A program made the translations under genes and the position numbers. Positions 27,759 through 37,935 of a stretch of 64,000 nucleotides of DNA are shown one piece after another. Origin of the DNA: Prevotella sp. (lineage in GTDB: Bacteria; Bacteroidota; Bacteroidia; Bacteroidales; Bacteroidaceae); contig JAFVGN010000002.1 of the NCBI GenBank assembly GCA_017474925.1, positions 41,662-105,661 on the forward strand, written 5' to 3'. How positions within the stretch are numbered: position 1 is the stretch's first letter; each line of letters opens with the position of its first letter. The notes beneath the pieces are model-generated. The model had not been told where the DNA came from. It was given only the letters and a program-made list of their open reading frames with translations, and ran no database searches.

Positions 27759-28532
27759 ATGAAGAAATATATCCTTGACTTAAGAGTTCGGGCTGTTGAA
27801 CAGCTCAGTCAGAAGCATGTCCTTATTAGGTTGACGGACGAAAGCCCATTACCCGATATGCTTCCAGGACAGTTTGTAGAGGTGCGTGTCGATGGATCGC
27901 CCTCAACATTTTTGCGTCGGCCTATCTCCATTAATTATGTAGATAAGTCGCAGAACGAGCTGTGGCTCATGGTAGCAATGGTGGGTGAAGGCACACATCG
28001 GTTAGGCCAGTTGAAAGCAGGCGATACTGTCAATTGTGTGCTACCTTTGGGTAATTCCTTCACGATGCCCACCTCTCAGGCTGAGAAAGTCCTGTTGGTA
28101 GGAGGCGGGGTAGGAGTGGCTCCAATGCTCTATATGGGCTCGGCCCTGAAAGCATCTGGTTGCGAGCCCACGTTCCTACTTGGTGGCAGAACTGGGAAAG
28201 ACCTGTTGGAACTTGATATATTTAATAGGTACGGGCGTGTATGTCTGACTACTGAGGATGGTTCTGTGGGCGAAAAAGGATTCGTCACCAACCATTCCGT
28301 GCTTCAGGAGCATTTTGACCGTATAGCCACCTGTGGTCCTACCCCTATGATGAAGGCTGTTGCCCGTTATGCCCGTCAGAAGGGTGTTGAGTGCGAGGTT
28401 TCGTTGGAAAACATGATGGCTTGTGGATTAGGCGCCTGTCTTTGCTGTGTTGAGAAGACCACAGATGGTAATCTTTGTGTTTGCAAGGATGGTCCGGTAT
28501 TTAATGTAAAACGATTATTATGGCAGATTTAA
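27759..28532 (+). CDS. pyrK: Dihydroorotate dehydrogenase electron transfer subunit
   Basis: [38 protein letters not shown]...C.DGPVF. Confidence 0.95.
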   Translation: MKKYILDLRVRAVEQLSQKHVLIRLTDESPLPDMLPGQFVEVRVDGSPSTFLRRPISINYVDKSQNELWLMVAMVGEGTHRLGQLKAGDTVNCVLPLGNSFTMPTSQAEKVLLVGGGVGVAPMLYMGSALKASGCEPTFLLGGRTGKDLLELDIFNRYGRVCLTTEDGSVGEKGFVTNHSVLQEHFDRIATCGPTPMMKAVARYARQKGVECEVSLENMMACGLGACLCCVEKTTDGNLCVCKDGPVFNVKRLLWQI

Positions 28533-29428
28533 GAGTCAATATCGGTGCTTTGGCGCTGAAGAATCCAGTAATGACAGCCAGCGGAACGTTTGGCTATGGT
28601 CTTGAGTTCGCAGATTTCATTCCCCTTGACGGCTTGGGAGGCATCATTGTGAAAGGCACGACCTTAAAGCCTCGTGAGGGAAACGACTACCCCCGCATGG
28701 CTGAGACCCCACAGGGTATGCTCAACTGCGTGGGGCTACAGAATAAGGGTGTCGACTACTTCTGTGAGCACATCTATCCACAGATCAAGGACATTGATAC
28801 GAACATGATTGTCAATGTCAGCGGTTCTTCGCCTGAGGACTATGCTGAATGTGCAGCACGTATTGATGCTCTTGACAGGATTCCTGCTATAGAGCTGAAC
28901 ATTTCATGTCCTAACGTCAAAGACGGCGGTATGGCCTTTGGTGTCACCTGTACAGGTGCTTCCAGCGTGGTGAAAGCCGTCCGTGAACGCTATCACAAGA
29001 CACTGATTGTGAAACTCTCGCCCAACGTGACGGATATAGCTGAGATAGCCCGTGCGGTTGAGGCAGAGGGGGCTGACAGCGTTTCGCTCATCAACACCCT
29101 GATGGGTATGGCCATCGATATCGAGCGTCGCAAGACGGTTCTTAGTATCAATACAGGCGGTTTAAGTGGTCCGGCAGTTAAACCTGTGGCGCTGCGAATG
29201 GTGTGGCAGGTGGCCAAGGCTGTGAAAATTCCTGTAGTAGGCTTAGGCGGCATCAGTAGTACACGCGATGCCATCGAGTTTCTGATGGCAGGAGCTACTG
29301 CCATAGAGATAGGTACCGCCAATTTCATTGATCCGGCTGTGACTATCAAGGTTCGTGACGGTATTAATCAGTGGCTCGACAGTCATGGCTGTCAGTCGGT
29401 GAAGGATATCATAGGATGTCTGGAATAG
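28520..29428 (+). CDS. pyrD: Dihydroorotate dehydrogenase B catalytic subunit
   Basis: [35 protein letters not shown]. Confidence 0.96.
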   Translation: MADLRVNIGALALKNPVMTASGTFGYGLEFADFIPLDGLGGIIVKGTTLKPREGNDYPRMAETPQGMLNCVGLQNKGVDYFCEHIYPQIKDIDTNMIVNVSGSSPEDYAECAARIDALDRIPAIELNISCPNVKDGGMAFGVTCTGASSVVKAVRERYHKTLIVKLSPNVTDIAEIARAVEAEGADSVSLINTLMGMAIDIERRKTVLSINTGGLSGPAVKPVALRMVWQVAKAVKIPVVGLGGISSTRDAIEFLMAGATAIEIGTANFIDPAVTIKVRDGINQWLDSHGCQSVKDIIGCLE

Positions 29429-29429
29429 T

Positions 29430-29533
29430 AAAAAATGAGAGCGACCCTATTTGAGTCGCTCTCAACCAACACAAAAACTAAACTAGACTTAACTAAACTT
29501 ACCTCAGATTTTCACAAACCCTCTCGATAAGCT
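29430..29533 (-). ncRNA. Candidate small RNA (U-rich, ending in a strong terminator)
   Basis: TATCTTTG box at 29538-29545; TGAGAGCGACTC-AAATA-GGGTCGCTCTCA plus T6 on the minus strand; no ORF. Confidence 0.5.
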
Positions 29534-29606
29534 GTTGCAAAGATAGTATAAAAGTTTTAAACTACCATGCTTTTTTCGCTTTTTTTTGTATTTTCATCCG
29601 AAAAAG

Positions 29607-30680
29607 TTATAATTTCGTAGATTTGCTTAACAAATAGTGGTCTAAAATGACACACGCAGCCATTGCTTCAACCACAGGAACTGCTCTTGGAAGTACACAT
29701 GGGTCATGTCGTCCCTTGGCTGTTAGCGTGACCTCTTTTCCATGGATGTCGACCGTATTTTGTTCACGGAGCAATGTAGCAACAGGTTTGAAGGCTACTC
29801 TGAAATAGATATCCTGCCCGTTGGAGATTCCTCCCTGAATGCCTCCGCTGTGGTTTGTGGCTGTTGTGACGATACCGTCCGTTATCCGGAATTCGTCATT
29901 TTGCTCTGAACCTCTCATGTTAATGCCACTGAACCCCTCACCATATTCGAATCCCTTTACGGCATTGATGCTCAGCATGGCAGCACCCAATTCCGCATGC
30001 AGCTTTGCGAATTCTGGCATTCCCAAACCGGCAGGACATCCTTTGATGACACCCGTGATGACTCCTCCAATGGTGTCACCGTCGGTTTTTACCGTTTCAA
30101 TGAGCTCAATCATTTCTTTCGCTTTCTCGGCATCAGGACAGCGAACGATGTTTTTTTCAGTCTGGTTGAGGTCATATTTTCTATAGTCTCTGTCTAAGGC
30201 AATGTTGCCAACTTGTGACGTATAGGCCTGAATGTCTATTCCCAACTGTTTCAGAGCCATCTTGGCCAACGCACCAGCCACACAACGGCTGATGGTGATG
30301 CGCGCAGATGAACGTCCACCTCCACGATGGTCGCGCGTACCATATTTATAATAGTACGTGAAGTCGGCATGTGACGGACGGAATACGTCCTTCATATTGT
30401 CGTAGTCGCTGGAGTGTTGGTTCTGGTTCCTGACCATAAACCCGATAGGACATCCTGTCGACTTGCCCTCGAATACGCCACTCAGCAGTTCCACTTGGTC
30501 TGGCTCCTTCCTGCTTGTCGTAATGTCACTCTGCCCTGGACGGCGCCTGTTCAATTCTTGTTGTATGAAGTCCACGTCTATAGGAATACCTGCTGGCATC
30601 CCGTCAACAACACCTCCTATGGCTTCTCCGTGACTTTCGCCAAAGGTCGTTAGCCTGAATATGTGTCCAAACGTATTCAT
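29607..30680 (-). CDS. aroC: Chorismate synthase
   Basis: [40 protein letters not shown]. Confidence 0.97.
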   Translation of the reverse strand: MNTFGHIFRLTTFGESHGEAIGGVVDGMPAGIPIDVDFIQQELNRRRPGQSDITTSRKEPDQVELLSGVFEGKSTGCPIGFMVRNQNQHSSDYDNMKDVFRPSHADFTYYYKYGTRDHRGGGRSSARITISRCVAGALAKMALKQLGIDIQAYTSQVGNIALDRDYRKYDLNQTEKNIVRCPDAEKAKEMIELIETVKTDGDTIGGVITGVIKGCPAGLGMPEFAKLHAELGAAMLSINAVKGFEYGEGFSGINMRGSEQNDEFRITDGIVTTATNHSGGIQGGISNGQDIYFRVAFKPVATLLREQNTVDIHGKEVTLTAKGRHDPCVLPRAVPVVEAMAACVILDHYLLSKSTKL

Positions 30681-30711
30681 CTGTCTTTCTATGCTTCATT
30701 TACTGTTGTCA

Positions 30712-31290
30712 TTAGCCACAACTGCCACAATTGCAGTCGCCGCCACAGCCTTGGTCTCCGTGACAGCCACCTTCGCAGCCACCACACCCACCACAGCCTC
30801 CTGACATGTGGGCTATCAGCTGTTCTATCTCTTTACTCGTCGCTAAACGATTTTCAAGCACAGTCCCTACGAAGTGCAGCGTTTCGCCTGCCAGCGGATG
30901 GTTCAGGTCGACCTTCACCTTGTCGCTACCTATTTCTGCTACACGTCCAAAGAAACGCCTGCCCTCTTCGTTTTGTAGGGGAATAATGGCATCTTCGTAG
31001 ATATGCTCTTGGTCAAAACGTCCATCAATGCAGAACATCTCACGCTCAAGATCCATCACAAGTTCGTCCTTATAGTCTCCATAAGCCTGTTCTTTGGCTA
31101 TCGAGAAGTCAAATGCAGCTCCCTTCTCCAGTCCAACCAATTCTTTTTCAAAAGCATCTAGTGCAATGCCAAAACCTGTAATAAACTGGAAAGGACGCTC
31201 CTTGGTAGCCTCTTCCATCATTTCCTGACCTTCTTCGCCACCAACAAACAGCTGGTAGGCCACTTCCATGTATTGATTCTTTTGTTCCAT
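30712..31290 (-). CDS. slyD: FKBP-type peptidyl-prolyl isomerase, SlyD-like
   Basis: AYG, VDLNHPLAGETLHF and a Cys/Gly-rich tail. Start at 31290, downstream of the -7 box at 31319-31326. Confidence 0.9.
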   Translation of the reverse strand: MEQKNQYMEVAYQLFVGGEEGQEMMEEATKERPFQFITGFGIALDAFEKELVGLEKGAAFDFSIAKEQAYGDYKDELVMDLEREMFCIDGRFDQEHIYEDAIIPLQNEEGRRFFGRVAEIGSDKVKVDLNHPLAGETLHFVGTVLENRLATSKEIEQLIAHMSGGCGGCGGCEGGCHGDQGCGGDCNCGSCG

Positions 31291-31601
31291 GTTGTTTTGC
31301 TTAGTTTCGTTTTGACTGCAAAAGTAGTAATAATAAGTCGAAATGCCAAATTTATGGCCTAAAAATGCTACATATTGACCAAAGTCAACCATTCTCGCAT
31401 TTTGTTGACATCGGTCAAGAAACCCTGCTGTGCGCGAAAACAAAATCTTAAAAAGTTTGGTTGGAAACAAAAAACGCCCTACCTTTGCATCGTCAATCAG
31501 CAAGAGAGCTGATCAAAAAACACAAATTGAAGCCCCTAAGAAGGGGTGGCAGAAATGCCAGGATAACAAAAGTATTAATTAAAAAAGAAAGGGTAACAAA
31601 A

Positions 31602-31961
31602 ATGAAAAGATTGTTTATGGTAGTCGTAGCCATGCTGAGCATGACAATGACATTTGCAGAGAATGAGAATGCAGCCAACCTCAACAGTACAGAGGCTTAC
31701 AACATGACAGTCAATATGAAAAAGCTTGGCCAGGCGCTGAACCTGTCAAAAGACCAGGAAGAGAGCTTTGCTGAGATTCATAAGACTTTCAGCGCAGAGA
31801 TGATGTTTGCTGCACATGCTTCTGGTGAAGAGCGTACAAAGATGGTTGACAATGCCATTAAGAAGGATCTTGCTTGGATGGATTACATCCTGAACCGCGA
31901 CCAGTATCGCCGTTATGTCCAGATTCTGAATGTGACGCTTGTCAATCGTGGACTGAAGTAA
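31602..31961 (+). CDS. Secreted helical hypothetical protein
   Basis: Signal peptide MKRLFMVVVAMLSMTMTFA; promoter at 31480-31487; downstream terminator. Confidence 0.75.
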   Translation: MKRLFMVVVAMLSMTMTFAENENAANLNSTEAYNMTVNMKKLGQALNLSKDQEESFAEIHKTFSAEMMFAAHASGEERTKMVDNAIKKDLAWMDYILNRDQYRRYVQILNVTLVNRGLK

Positions 31962-31994
31962 GAATTTAGTTAGTTTATTTGGATTTATCATGAC

Positions 31995-32034
31995 GAAGCC
32001 GTTGTTCCTGAGGGGGCAACGGCTCCTTATTTTA
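31995..32034 (+). terminator. Intrinsic terminator
   Basis: GCCGTTGTTCC..GGGGCAACGGC stem followed by TTATTTT. Confidence 0.65.
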
Positions 32035-32053
32035 TAGAAAAACATACAAAAAG

Positions 32054-32085
32054 TTTGGCTATGTCGCTAAGAAATTGTAATTTTG
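32054..32085 (+). promoter_or_regulatory. Consensus promoter of the polysaccharide locus
   Basis: TTTG (32054-32057)-N20-TAATTTTG (32078-32085). Confidence 0.7.
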
Positions 32086-32129
32086 CAAACGTTTAGTGTC
32101 CTTATGGACGTCTATACGTATAGGGAATA

Positions 32130-32675
32130 ATGAGTCAAGTGGAGAGGAGACCAACGTGGCTGGTGCTGCGCACCTATAATCGTAAGGAGATGGAAATCAG
32201 CTCATTCTTACAGCAGAATGGTCTTCGTCATTTCATTCCTATGACCTGGCAGGAGCGACATGTCAAGGATGGTGAGAAGCCCCAGCGCGTGCTAGTCCCA
32301 ATAATCCATAACTATGTGTTCCTGGAGAAAACGCTGGATGAGGAGCGGCTCATGAGCCTGCTTTCCCAATGCCGGGTACCGCTGCATGTGATGAAGGACA
32401 AGGCCAGCGGCCGCTTCAGCGAGATTCCAGAGCGCGAAATGTCTGAGTTCCGGCTCATCTGCGACCCTGAATATGCCACTACTCCCAAGGAGTTCATTGT
32501 GGGTGATGATGCTGAAGCACTTCCTGGTAAGGAAGTCATCGTTGTTCATGGTCCTTTTGCCGGTGTCCGTGGCAAGCTCCATAAGAAGAACCAGAAGTAC
32601 TGGTTTGTCAAGACTGTGGGCGAGATTGGTGTCATGATACGCATCTCCCGCTGGTATTGTAAGGTAACGGGATGA
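32130..32675 (+). CDS. upxY: UpxY family NusG-like transcription antiterminator
   Basis: WLVLRT..KE, HFIPM, VPIIHNYVF and KOW motif GKEVIVVHGPFAGVRG; first gene of the locus. Confidence 0.88.
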   Translation: MSQVERRPTWLVLRTYNRKEMEISSFLQQNGLRHFIPMTWQERHVKDGEKPQRVLVPIIHNYVFLEKTLDEERLMSLLSQCRVPLHVMKDKASGRFSEIPEREMSEFRLICDPEYATTPKEFIVGDDAEALPGKEVIVVHGPFAGVRGKLHKKNQKYWFVKTVGEIGVMIRISRWYCKVTG

Positions 32676-32710
32676 ATTTATAATTTAGAGTTTAGAGATA
32701 AAAAAGATAC

Positions 32711-35224
32711 ATGAAACGGTTAATATTGATAGCAGTCATTTGTGTGACTTCCCTATTGAGCGTGTCGGCCCAGATGTCCGATACTCAGGTGCTGAATTTC
32801 ATCAAGCAGGAGACCAAGGCCGGTACGAGTCAGTCGCAGATACTGACCAAATTGGTACAGCGCGGTGTAAAGGTCGAGCAGATTCGGCGCCTGCGCAAGC
32901 AGTATGAGCAACAGCAGCAGCAGCAGGGGCAGTACTCCAACCGTAAATCGTCTGATGACAAGCCCCGCACGAACGATGGCACGTTGTTGCGTCGTAATAA
33001 TGGTAAGGGCAGAGACATCACGACTGGCAAGAACGCTCAGTCCGATGATATGTATCCTAATGCTGACTACCCTCGCCGTGACGACCAGCGCTACGACAGG
33101 CAAGTCCGTAATTATCAGTATGTTGACAGTCTTGATGCCGAAAAGATGGAGGATGTTGATGCTCAGCGAAGTTCTATCAAGAGGAAGATATTCGGCCACG
33201 ACATCTTCAACCAGCGCACGTTGACTTTTGAACCCAACATGAATATTGCCACCCCGCAGAATTATGTTTTAGGCCCTGGCGACCAGGTGGTCATCGAGGT
33301 TTATGGTGCTTCGCAGAAGACCTTGGAACTGACCGTATCGCCCGAAGGTACTGTTACAGTGCCCGACTACGGCCCCATTCTGGTCGGTGGTCTGAGCGTC
33401 AATGCGGCTAATAGCAAGATTCGCCAGAGTCTGGGTGCCCGCTATCGTAGTTCTGAAGTAAAGCTCACCGTGGGTCAGACCCGCACCATCTTGGTCAACG
33501 TGATGGGTGAGGTCAAAGTGCCCGGCACCTACACACTCAGCGCCTTTGCTACCGTGTTCCATGCCCTCTATATGGCCGGAGGCATTAGCGATATCGGTAC
33601 TCTCCGTAATATCAAGGTCTATCGGCAGGGTCGTCTGGTGACAGTTGTCGATATCTATGAATATATTCTGAATGGTCGTCTAGCTGGTAATGTCAGACTG
33701 CAGGAGAACGATGTTATTCAGGTAGGAGCCTACGACTGTTTGGTCGAGGTTTCTGGTAATGTCAAACGCCCCATGTACTATGAAATGCGCAAGAACGAGA
33801 GTGTCGGCACCCTCATCAAGTATGCAGGCGGATTCACGGGCGATGCTTATCGGAAGGCGGTCCGTCTGGTTCGTCAGACTGGCGAAAAGCGCTCTGTGCA
33901 TACTGTTGAAGAGTTTGACTTGAGCACCTTCAAGGTTGATGATGGCGACAAGGTGACGGTCGATGCCATTCTGGACCGCTATGAGAATATAGTGGAAGTA
34001 AAAGGGGCAGTGTTCCGTCCTGGCAAATATCAATTAGGTCGAGATATCAACTCCGTGCGAACACTCATCGAACATGCTGACGGATTGACAGAGGATGCCT
34101 TTACGGCTCATGCTATCCTGCATCGCATGAAGTCAGACCGGACCCTTGAAGTCATTCCTGTCGATGTGGCTGGAGTCATGGCGGGTACAGTTGCCGACAT
34201 TCCGCTGGCTAATGAGGATGTTTTGTTCATTCCCACCCAGGCCGATCGAATCAGTGAGCGAACCCTGACCATCGGTGGTGAGGTCATGTCTCCGGGAGTC
34301 TATGAATATGCCGACAACACAACCATTGAGGACCTGGTTATGCAGGCCGGTGGACTGACTGATGCTGCGTCCTTAGTTAAAGTTGATGTGTCGCGCAGAA
34401 TCATTAATCCAAAGGCCACTTCATCGTCTAAGGAAATTTCCAAGAATTATACTTTCTCACTCAAGGACGGCTTCGTGATAGACGGCCAGCCGGGATTCTA
34501 TTTGGAACCTTATGATGTCGTGCAGGTACGCCGCAGCCCTGGATATGTGGTTCCGCGTACTATTACTGTCGAGGGCGAGGTTATGTTTGAGGGCAAGTAC
34601 ACAATGGCTAACAAGAACCACCGGCTGAGCGATGCCATCAAGGCTGCAGGCGGTGTAACGTCTGAGGCCTATGTCCGCGGCACTCGTTTGGAACGTCTGA
34701 TGAACGATGATGAGATAGCCCGTCGCGACCTGCTTTTGCGCCAGCTTCGCCAGCAGTCCAATCAGAAAGACTCGGTTGATATCGAAAAGTTGCAACTCGA
34801 CAGCGTCTATTCCGTTGGTATCCATCTTGATGAAGCCTTGGCCAATCCAGGTTGCGATGCTGATATCCAGTTGCGCGACGGCGACCGGCTCATTGTGCCG
34901 GAATATAATGGTGTTGTCAAGATTTCTGGTAATGTCATGTTTCCCAATACCGTTTCATATTCAGAGGGAAAGAATTACAAGTGGTACATCAATCAGGCTG
35001 GTGGTTTCGGTAATGGTGCGCGCAAGGGGGCAACATGGATTGTCTACCAGAATGGTACTATGTCGAAGGTTGGCCGTGGCGTCAAAGTCGAGCCTGGATG
35101 CGAAATTATCGTGCCTACCAAGAATCGCAGTAATGCCTTAGGACTCACGCAATGGCTGGCTATAGGCACAAGCCTTGCTTCAGTGGCTACTATGGTGGCT
35201 ACGATTGCTAATTTGTTGAAATAA
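32711..35224 (+). CDS. Polysaccharide export protein with multiple SLBB domains (KpsD/Wza-like)
   Basis: Signal peptide, YVLGPGD, repeated GEV..PG.Y...L..AGG units. Confidence 0.92.
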   Translation: MKRLILIAVICVTSLLSVSAQMSDTQVLNFIKQETKAGTSQSQILTKLVQRGVKVEQIRRLRKQYEQQQQQQGQYSNRKSSDDKPRTNDGTLLRRNNGKGRDITTGKNAQSDDMYPNADYPRRDDQRYDRQVRNYQYVDSLDAEKMEDVDAQRSSIKRKIFGHDIFNQRTLTFEPNMNIATPQNYVLGPGDQVVIEVYGASQKTLELTVSPEGTVTVPDYGPILVGGLSVNAANSKIRQSLGARYRSSEVKLTVGQTRTILVNVMGEVKVPGTYTLSAFATVFHALYMAGGISDIGTLRNIKVYRQGRLVTVVDIYEYILNGRLAGNVRLQENDVIQVGAYDCLVEVSGNVKRPMYYEMRKNESVGTLIKYAGGFTGDAYRKAVRLVRQTGEKRSVHTVEEFDLSTFKVDDGDKVTVDAILDRYENIVEVKGAVFRPGKYQLGRDINSVRTLIEHADGLTEDAFTAHAILHRMKSDRTLEVIPVDVAGVMAGTVADIPLANEDVLFIPTQADRISERTLTIGGEVMSPGVYEYADNTTIEDLVMQAGGLTDAASLVKVDVSRRIINPKATSSSKEISKNYTFSLKDGFVIDGQPGFYLEPYDVVQVRRSPGYVVPRTITVEGEVMFEGKYTMANKNHRLSDAIKAAGGVTSEAYVRGTRLERLMNDDEIARRDLLLRQLRQQSNQKDSVDIEKLQLDSVYSVGIHLDEALANPGCDADIQLRDGDRLIVPEYNGVVKISGNVMFPNTVSYSEGKNYKWYINQAGGFGNGARKGATWIVYQNGTMSKVGRGVKVEPGCEIIVPTKNRSNALGLTQWLAIGTSLASVATMVATIANLLK

Positions 35225-35266
35225 ACTTAAAGTTTAGGGCTTATAGACTAGAGAACTTTTTAAGAT

Positions 35267-36310
35267 ATGTCAAAATATTTAAGTGCATTAGTTAAGCATA
35301 AGAGAACCATCCTCCGAGTGACGGTCGTAGTCTTCGTGCTGAGTTGCCTAATACTCCTTTCCATCCCTAAGTATTACAAGTGTCAGGTCATGTTGGCTCC
35401 TGAAGTCTCGACATCCAGGACTACGTCAACACTGTCCACTCTGGCCCGTTCGTTTGGCATGCGGCTGGGCAACTCTTTGGGTAATGCCAGCGAGGCACTT
35501 TATCCGACGCTCTACCCTGAATTGATGAATTCTAACGACTTCAAGACTAGTCTGTTTCCCGTCAAAGTCAGAGAGAAGGATAGTGAGGAATACAAAACCT
35601 ACTATGAATACTTGCTCAACGATCAGCGTCAGCCGTGGTGGAGCGCTGCCATCGAAGGTGTGACGGGTGCTATCGGTGACCTGTTTTCTACGGAAGACAC
35701 TACTGGGGTTAGTGATAAGGTTGACCTCTTCCGTCTGACTAAGGACCAGACGTCCATTGCCAAACTCATATCCAAGAAGATAGTCTGTGATGTTGATAAG
35801 AAGACGATGGTTATTACCATAGAGGTCACCGACCAGGACCCGGAGGTGTGTGCAATTATGGCAGATACCGCCAAGGCCCGTCTGCAGGAGTTCATCACCG
35901 CCTACCGCACCAATAAGTCGCGGGTAGACCTGGAGTATAACAAGAAACTCTGCGCTGAGGCTAAACGCCGTTATGAGCATGCCCGCGATGTCTATGCAGA
36001 TTTTGCCGATGCCAACCAGGATGTGCTGTTACAGTCCGTCCGTAACAAGTTGAACGATCTGGAGAACGAGATGCAGCTGCAATATAATGCTTATACTACT
36101 TATGTGGCTCAGATGCAGAATGCTGAGGCAAAGGTTCAGGAGGATACTCCGGCTTTTACGACACTCCAGAGTGCCACGGTGCCTCTAAAGCCTGCTGGAC
36201 CCAAAAAGAAGAATATTGTATTGGTATTATTACTTTTGGCATTCTTTGGTTCCAGTGTGTGGGCGTTGCATAAGGAACAATTGCTGAAACCCTTGTTGGG
36301 CCTTTCCTAA
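35267..36310 (+). CDS. wzz: Chain-length determinant (Wzz-like polysaccharide co-polymerase)
   Basis: Two terminal TMs, periplasmic coiled coil, ATVPLKPAGPKK. Confidence 0.85.
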   Translation: MSKYLSALVKHKRTILRVTVVVFVLSCLILLSIPKYYKCQVMLAPEVSTSRTTSTLSTLARSFGMRLGNSLGNASEALYPTLYPELMNSNDFKTSLFPVKVREKDSEEYKTYYEYLLNDQRQPWWSAAIEGVTGAIGDLFSTEDTTGVSDKVDLFRLTKDQTSIAKLISKKIVCDVDKKTMVITIEVTDQDPEVCAIMADTAKARLQEFITAYRTNKSRVDLEYNKKLCAEAKRRYEHARDVYADFADANQDVLLQSVRNKLNDLENEMQLQYNAYTTYVAQMQNAEAKVQEDTPAFTTLQSATVPLKPAGPKKKNIVLVLLLLAFFGSSVWALHKEQLLKPLLGLS

Positions 36311-36351
36311 ATAAGTTGTTAACTATTTCATTATCAATTCTTTAGTATAAT

Positions 36352-37665
36352 ATGAAAATTGCTATCGTAGGTACCGGTTATGTCGGTTTAGTCAGTGGCA
36401 CCTGTTTTGCAGAGATGGGTTCCCATGTTACCTGTGTCGATGTGGACGCTCAGAAAATCGAGAAGTTAAAGTCTGGCGAGATGCCCATTTATGAACCAGG
36501 CTTAGAGGAGCTTGTCCGTCGTAATGTCAGTTATGGCCGTCTTCAGTTTACAACTGATCTCACCGAGGTTCTCGACGATGTTAAGGTGGTATTCTCTGCC
36601 GTAGGCACTCCGCCCGACGAAGATGGTAGTGCTGACCTTAAATATGTTCTTGCCGTTGCCCGTCAGTTCGGACAGCACATCAAGAAATACACCATACTTG
36701 TTACGAAGTCTACTGTGCCGGTCGGAACAGCTCAGAAAGTGAAGCAGGCCATTCAGGAGGAACTCGACAAGCGTGGTGTCGATGTTCCCTTCGATGTTGC
36801 CTCAAACCCTGAATTCCTCAAGGAAGGGGCTGCCATCAAGGATTTCATGTCCCCTGACCGTGTCGTGGTGGGAATAGAATCAGAGAAGGCCCGTGAGGTA
36901 ATGACACGTCTCTATCAGCCTTTCCTCATTCAGAATTTTCGTGTCATATTCATGGATATTCCATCAGCAGAGATGACCAAATATGCTGCAAATGCCATGT
37001 TGGCTACCCGTATTTCGTTTATGAATGATATTGCTAATCTCTGTGAGCGGGTAGGGGCCAACGTCGATAGTGTGCGCCAGGGCATAGGCCGTGATTCGCG
37101 CATAGGTCCTAAGTTTCTCTATGCAGGTTGTGGCTATGGAGGGTCTTGCTTTCCTAAAGATGTCAAGGCATTGCTTCATACGGGTATAGATAATGGTTAC
37201 CATATGGAAGTTATTGAAGCTGTCGAGCGTGTCAACGAGCGACAGAAAGGCATTGTCTATGACAAGATTCTTCGTACAGCAGGCTCTGTTGCAGGAAAGA
37301 CCGTTGCAGTACTTGGACTGGCTTTCAAGCCCGATACTGACGATATGCGTGAGTCTCCAGCATTGGTCGTAATTCAGAAGCTTTTGGCCGATGGGGCATC
37401 CGTTCGCGTCTTTGATCCTATTGCCATGGACGAATGTCGTCGCCGTTTAGGCGACGCTGTGTTGTATTGTAAGGATATTTACGACTGCGCCAACGATGCT
37501 GATGTCTTGGCCCTTATGACAGAATGGCGTCAGTTCCGCATGCCTTCATGGGATGTCATCAAGAAAGTCATGCGGGGGCATGTTGTTGTCGATGGTAGAA
37601 ATATCTATAGCCGCGAGGAACTGGAGTCCCTTGGATTCGTGTATACTCGTATTGGTGAAAAATGA
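36352..37665 (+). CDS. ugd: UDP-glucose 6-dehydrogenase
   Basis: GTGYVG, KSTVPVG, SNPEFLKEG, GYGGSCFPKD, LAFKPDTDD.R. Confidence 0.95.
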   Translation: MKIAIVGTGYVGLVSGTCFAEMGSHVTCVDVDAQKIEKLKSGEMPIYEPGLEELVRRNVSYGRLQFTTDLTEVLDDVKVVFSAVGTPPDEDGSADLKYVLAVARQFGQHIKKYTILVTKSTVPVGTAQKVKQAIQEELDKRGVDVPFDVASNPEFLKEGAAIKDFMSPDRVVVGIESEKAREVMTRLYQPFLIQNFRVIFMDIPSAEMTKYAANAMLATRISFMNDIANLCERVGANVDSVRQGIGRDSRIGPKFLYAGCGYGGSCFPKDVKALLHTGIDNGYHMEVIEAVERVNERQKGIVYDKILRTAGSVAGKTVAVLGLAFKPDTDDMRESPALVVIQKLLADGASVRVFDPIAMDECRRRLGDAVLYCKDIYDCANDADVLALMTEWRQFRMPSWDVIKKVMRGHVVVDGRNIYSREELESLGFVYTRIGEK

Positions 37666-37667
37666 CA

Positions 37668-37767
37668 TTTTTCGTAACATTGCGGTCTGAGACCGCGAAG
37701 TTACTCCGTCTCGACAAAAAAAGAAAAGAGTTTCTTTGTTTTGTGCTCGACTTTTCGTAACTTTGCA
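37668..37767 (+). repeat. Two-hairpin promoter-carrying repeat, copy 3 (inside the polysaccharide locus)
   Basis: GTAAC..GCGGTC-TGA-GACCGC..GTTAC, ACAAAA..TTTTGT stem, then TTTG-N19-TAACTTTG. Confidence 0.75.
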
Positions 37768-37769
37768 GC

Positions 37770-37935
37770 GTTATAGCACGCTAAACCTATAGAATCTACG
37801 GGCTAGTGCCCTCGTGTAGAGGTGGTAAGTAGTTGGGTTATATCCTTTTGGCCTTTTTCCTCACTCCCTGTTTCTTTCGGGAAATTCGGGAAAGGAAGAG
37901 GTATATATATCGGATAAGCCCTTTTTTGAACCTCT
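37770..37935 (+). ncRNA. Candidate structured leader/attenuator or sRNA
   Basis: Directly after a promoter: two small hairpins, then a long imperfect rod (37835-37921) and T6. Confidence 0.45.

Noticed and set aside
30712-31961. Extended starts at 31503 (slyD) and 31461 (secreted protein)
   Set aside because: Both run across their own promoter boxes; ATGs at 31290 and 31602 fit better. The same applies to the extended starts at 8672, 37945, 48296, 58068 and 60011.
32905-32932. CAG/poly-Gln run in the export protein
   Set aside because: Short, in frame, and within a low-complexity linker; no sign of phase variation.
37770-37935. Known riboswitch, 6S, SRP or ribozyme identity for the structured RNA
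   Set aside because: No diagnostic consensus (SAM, TPP, cobalamin, SRP or hammerhead core) was recognised by eye.
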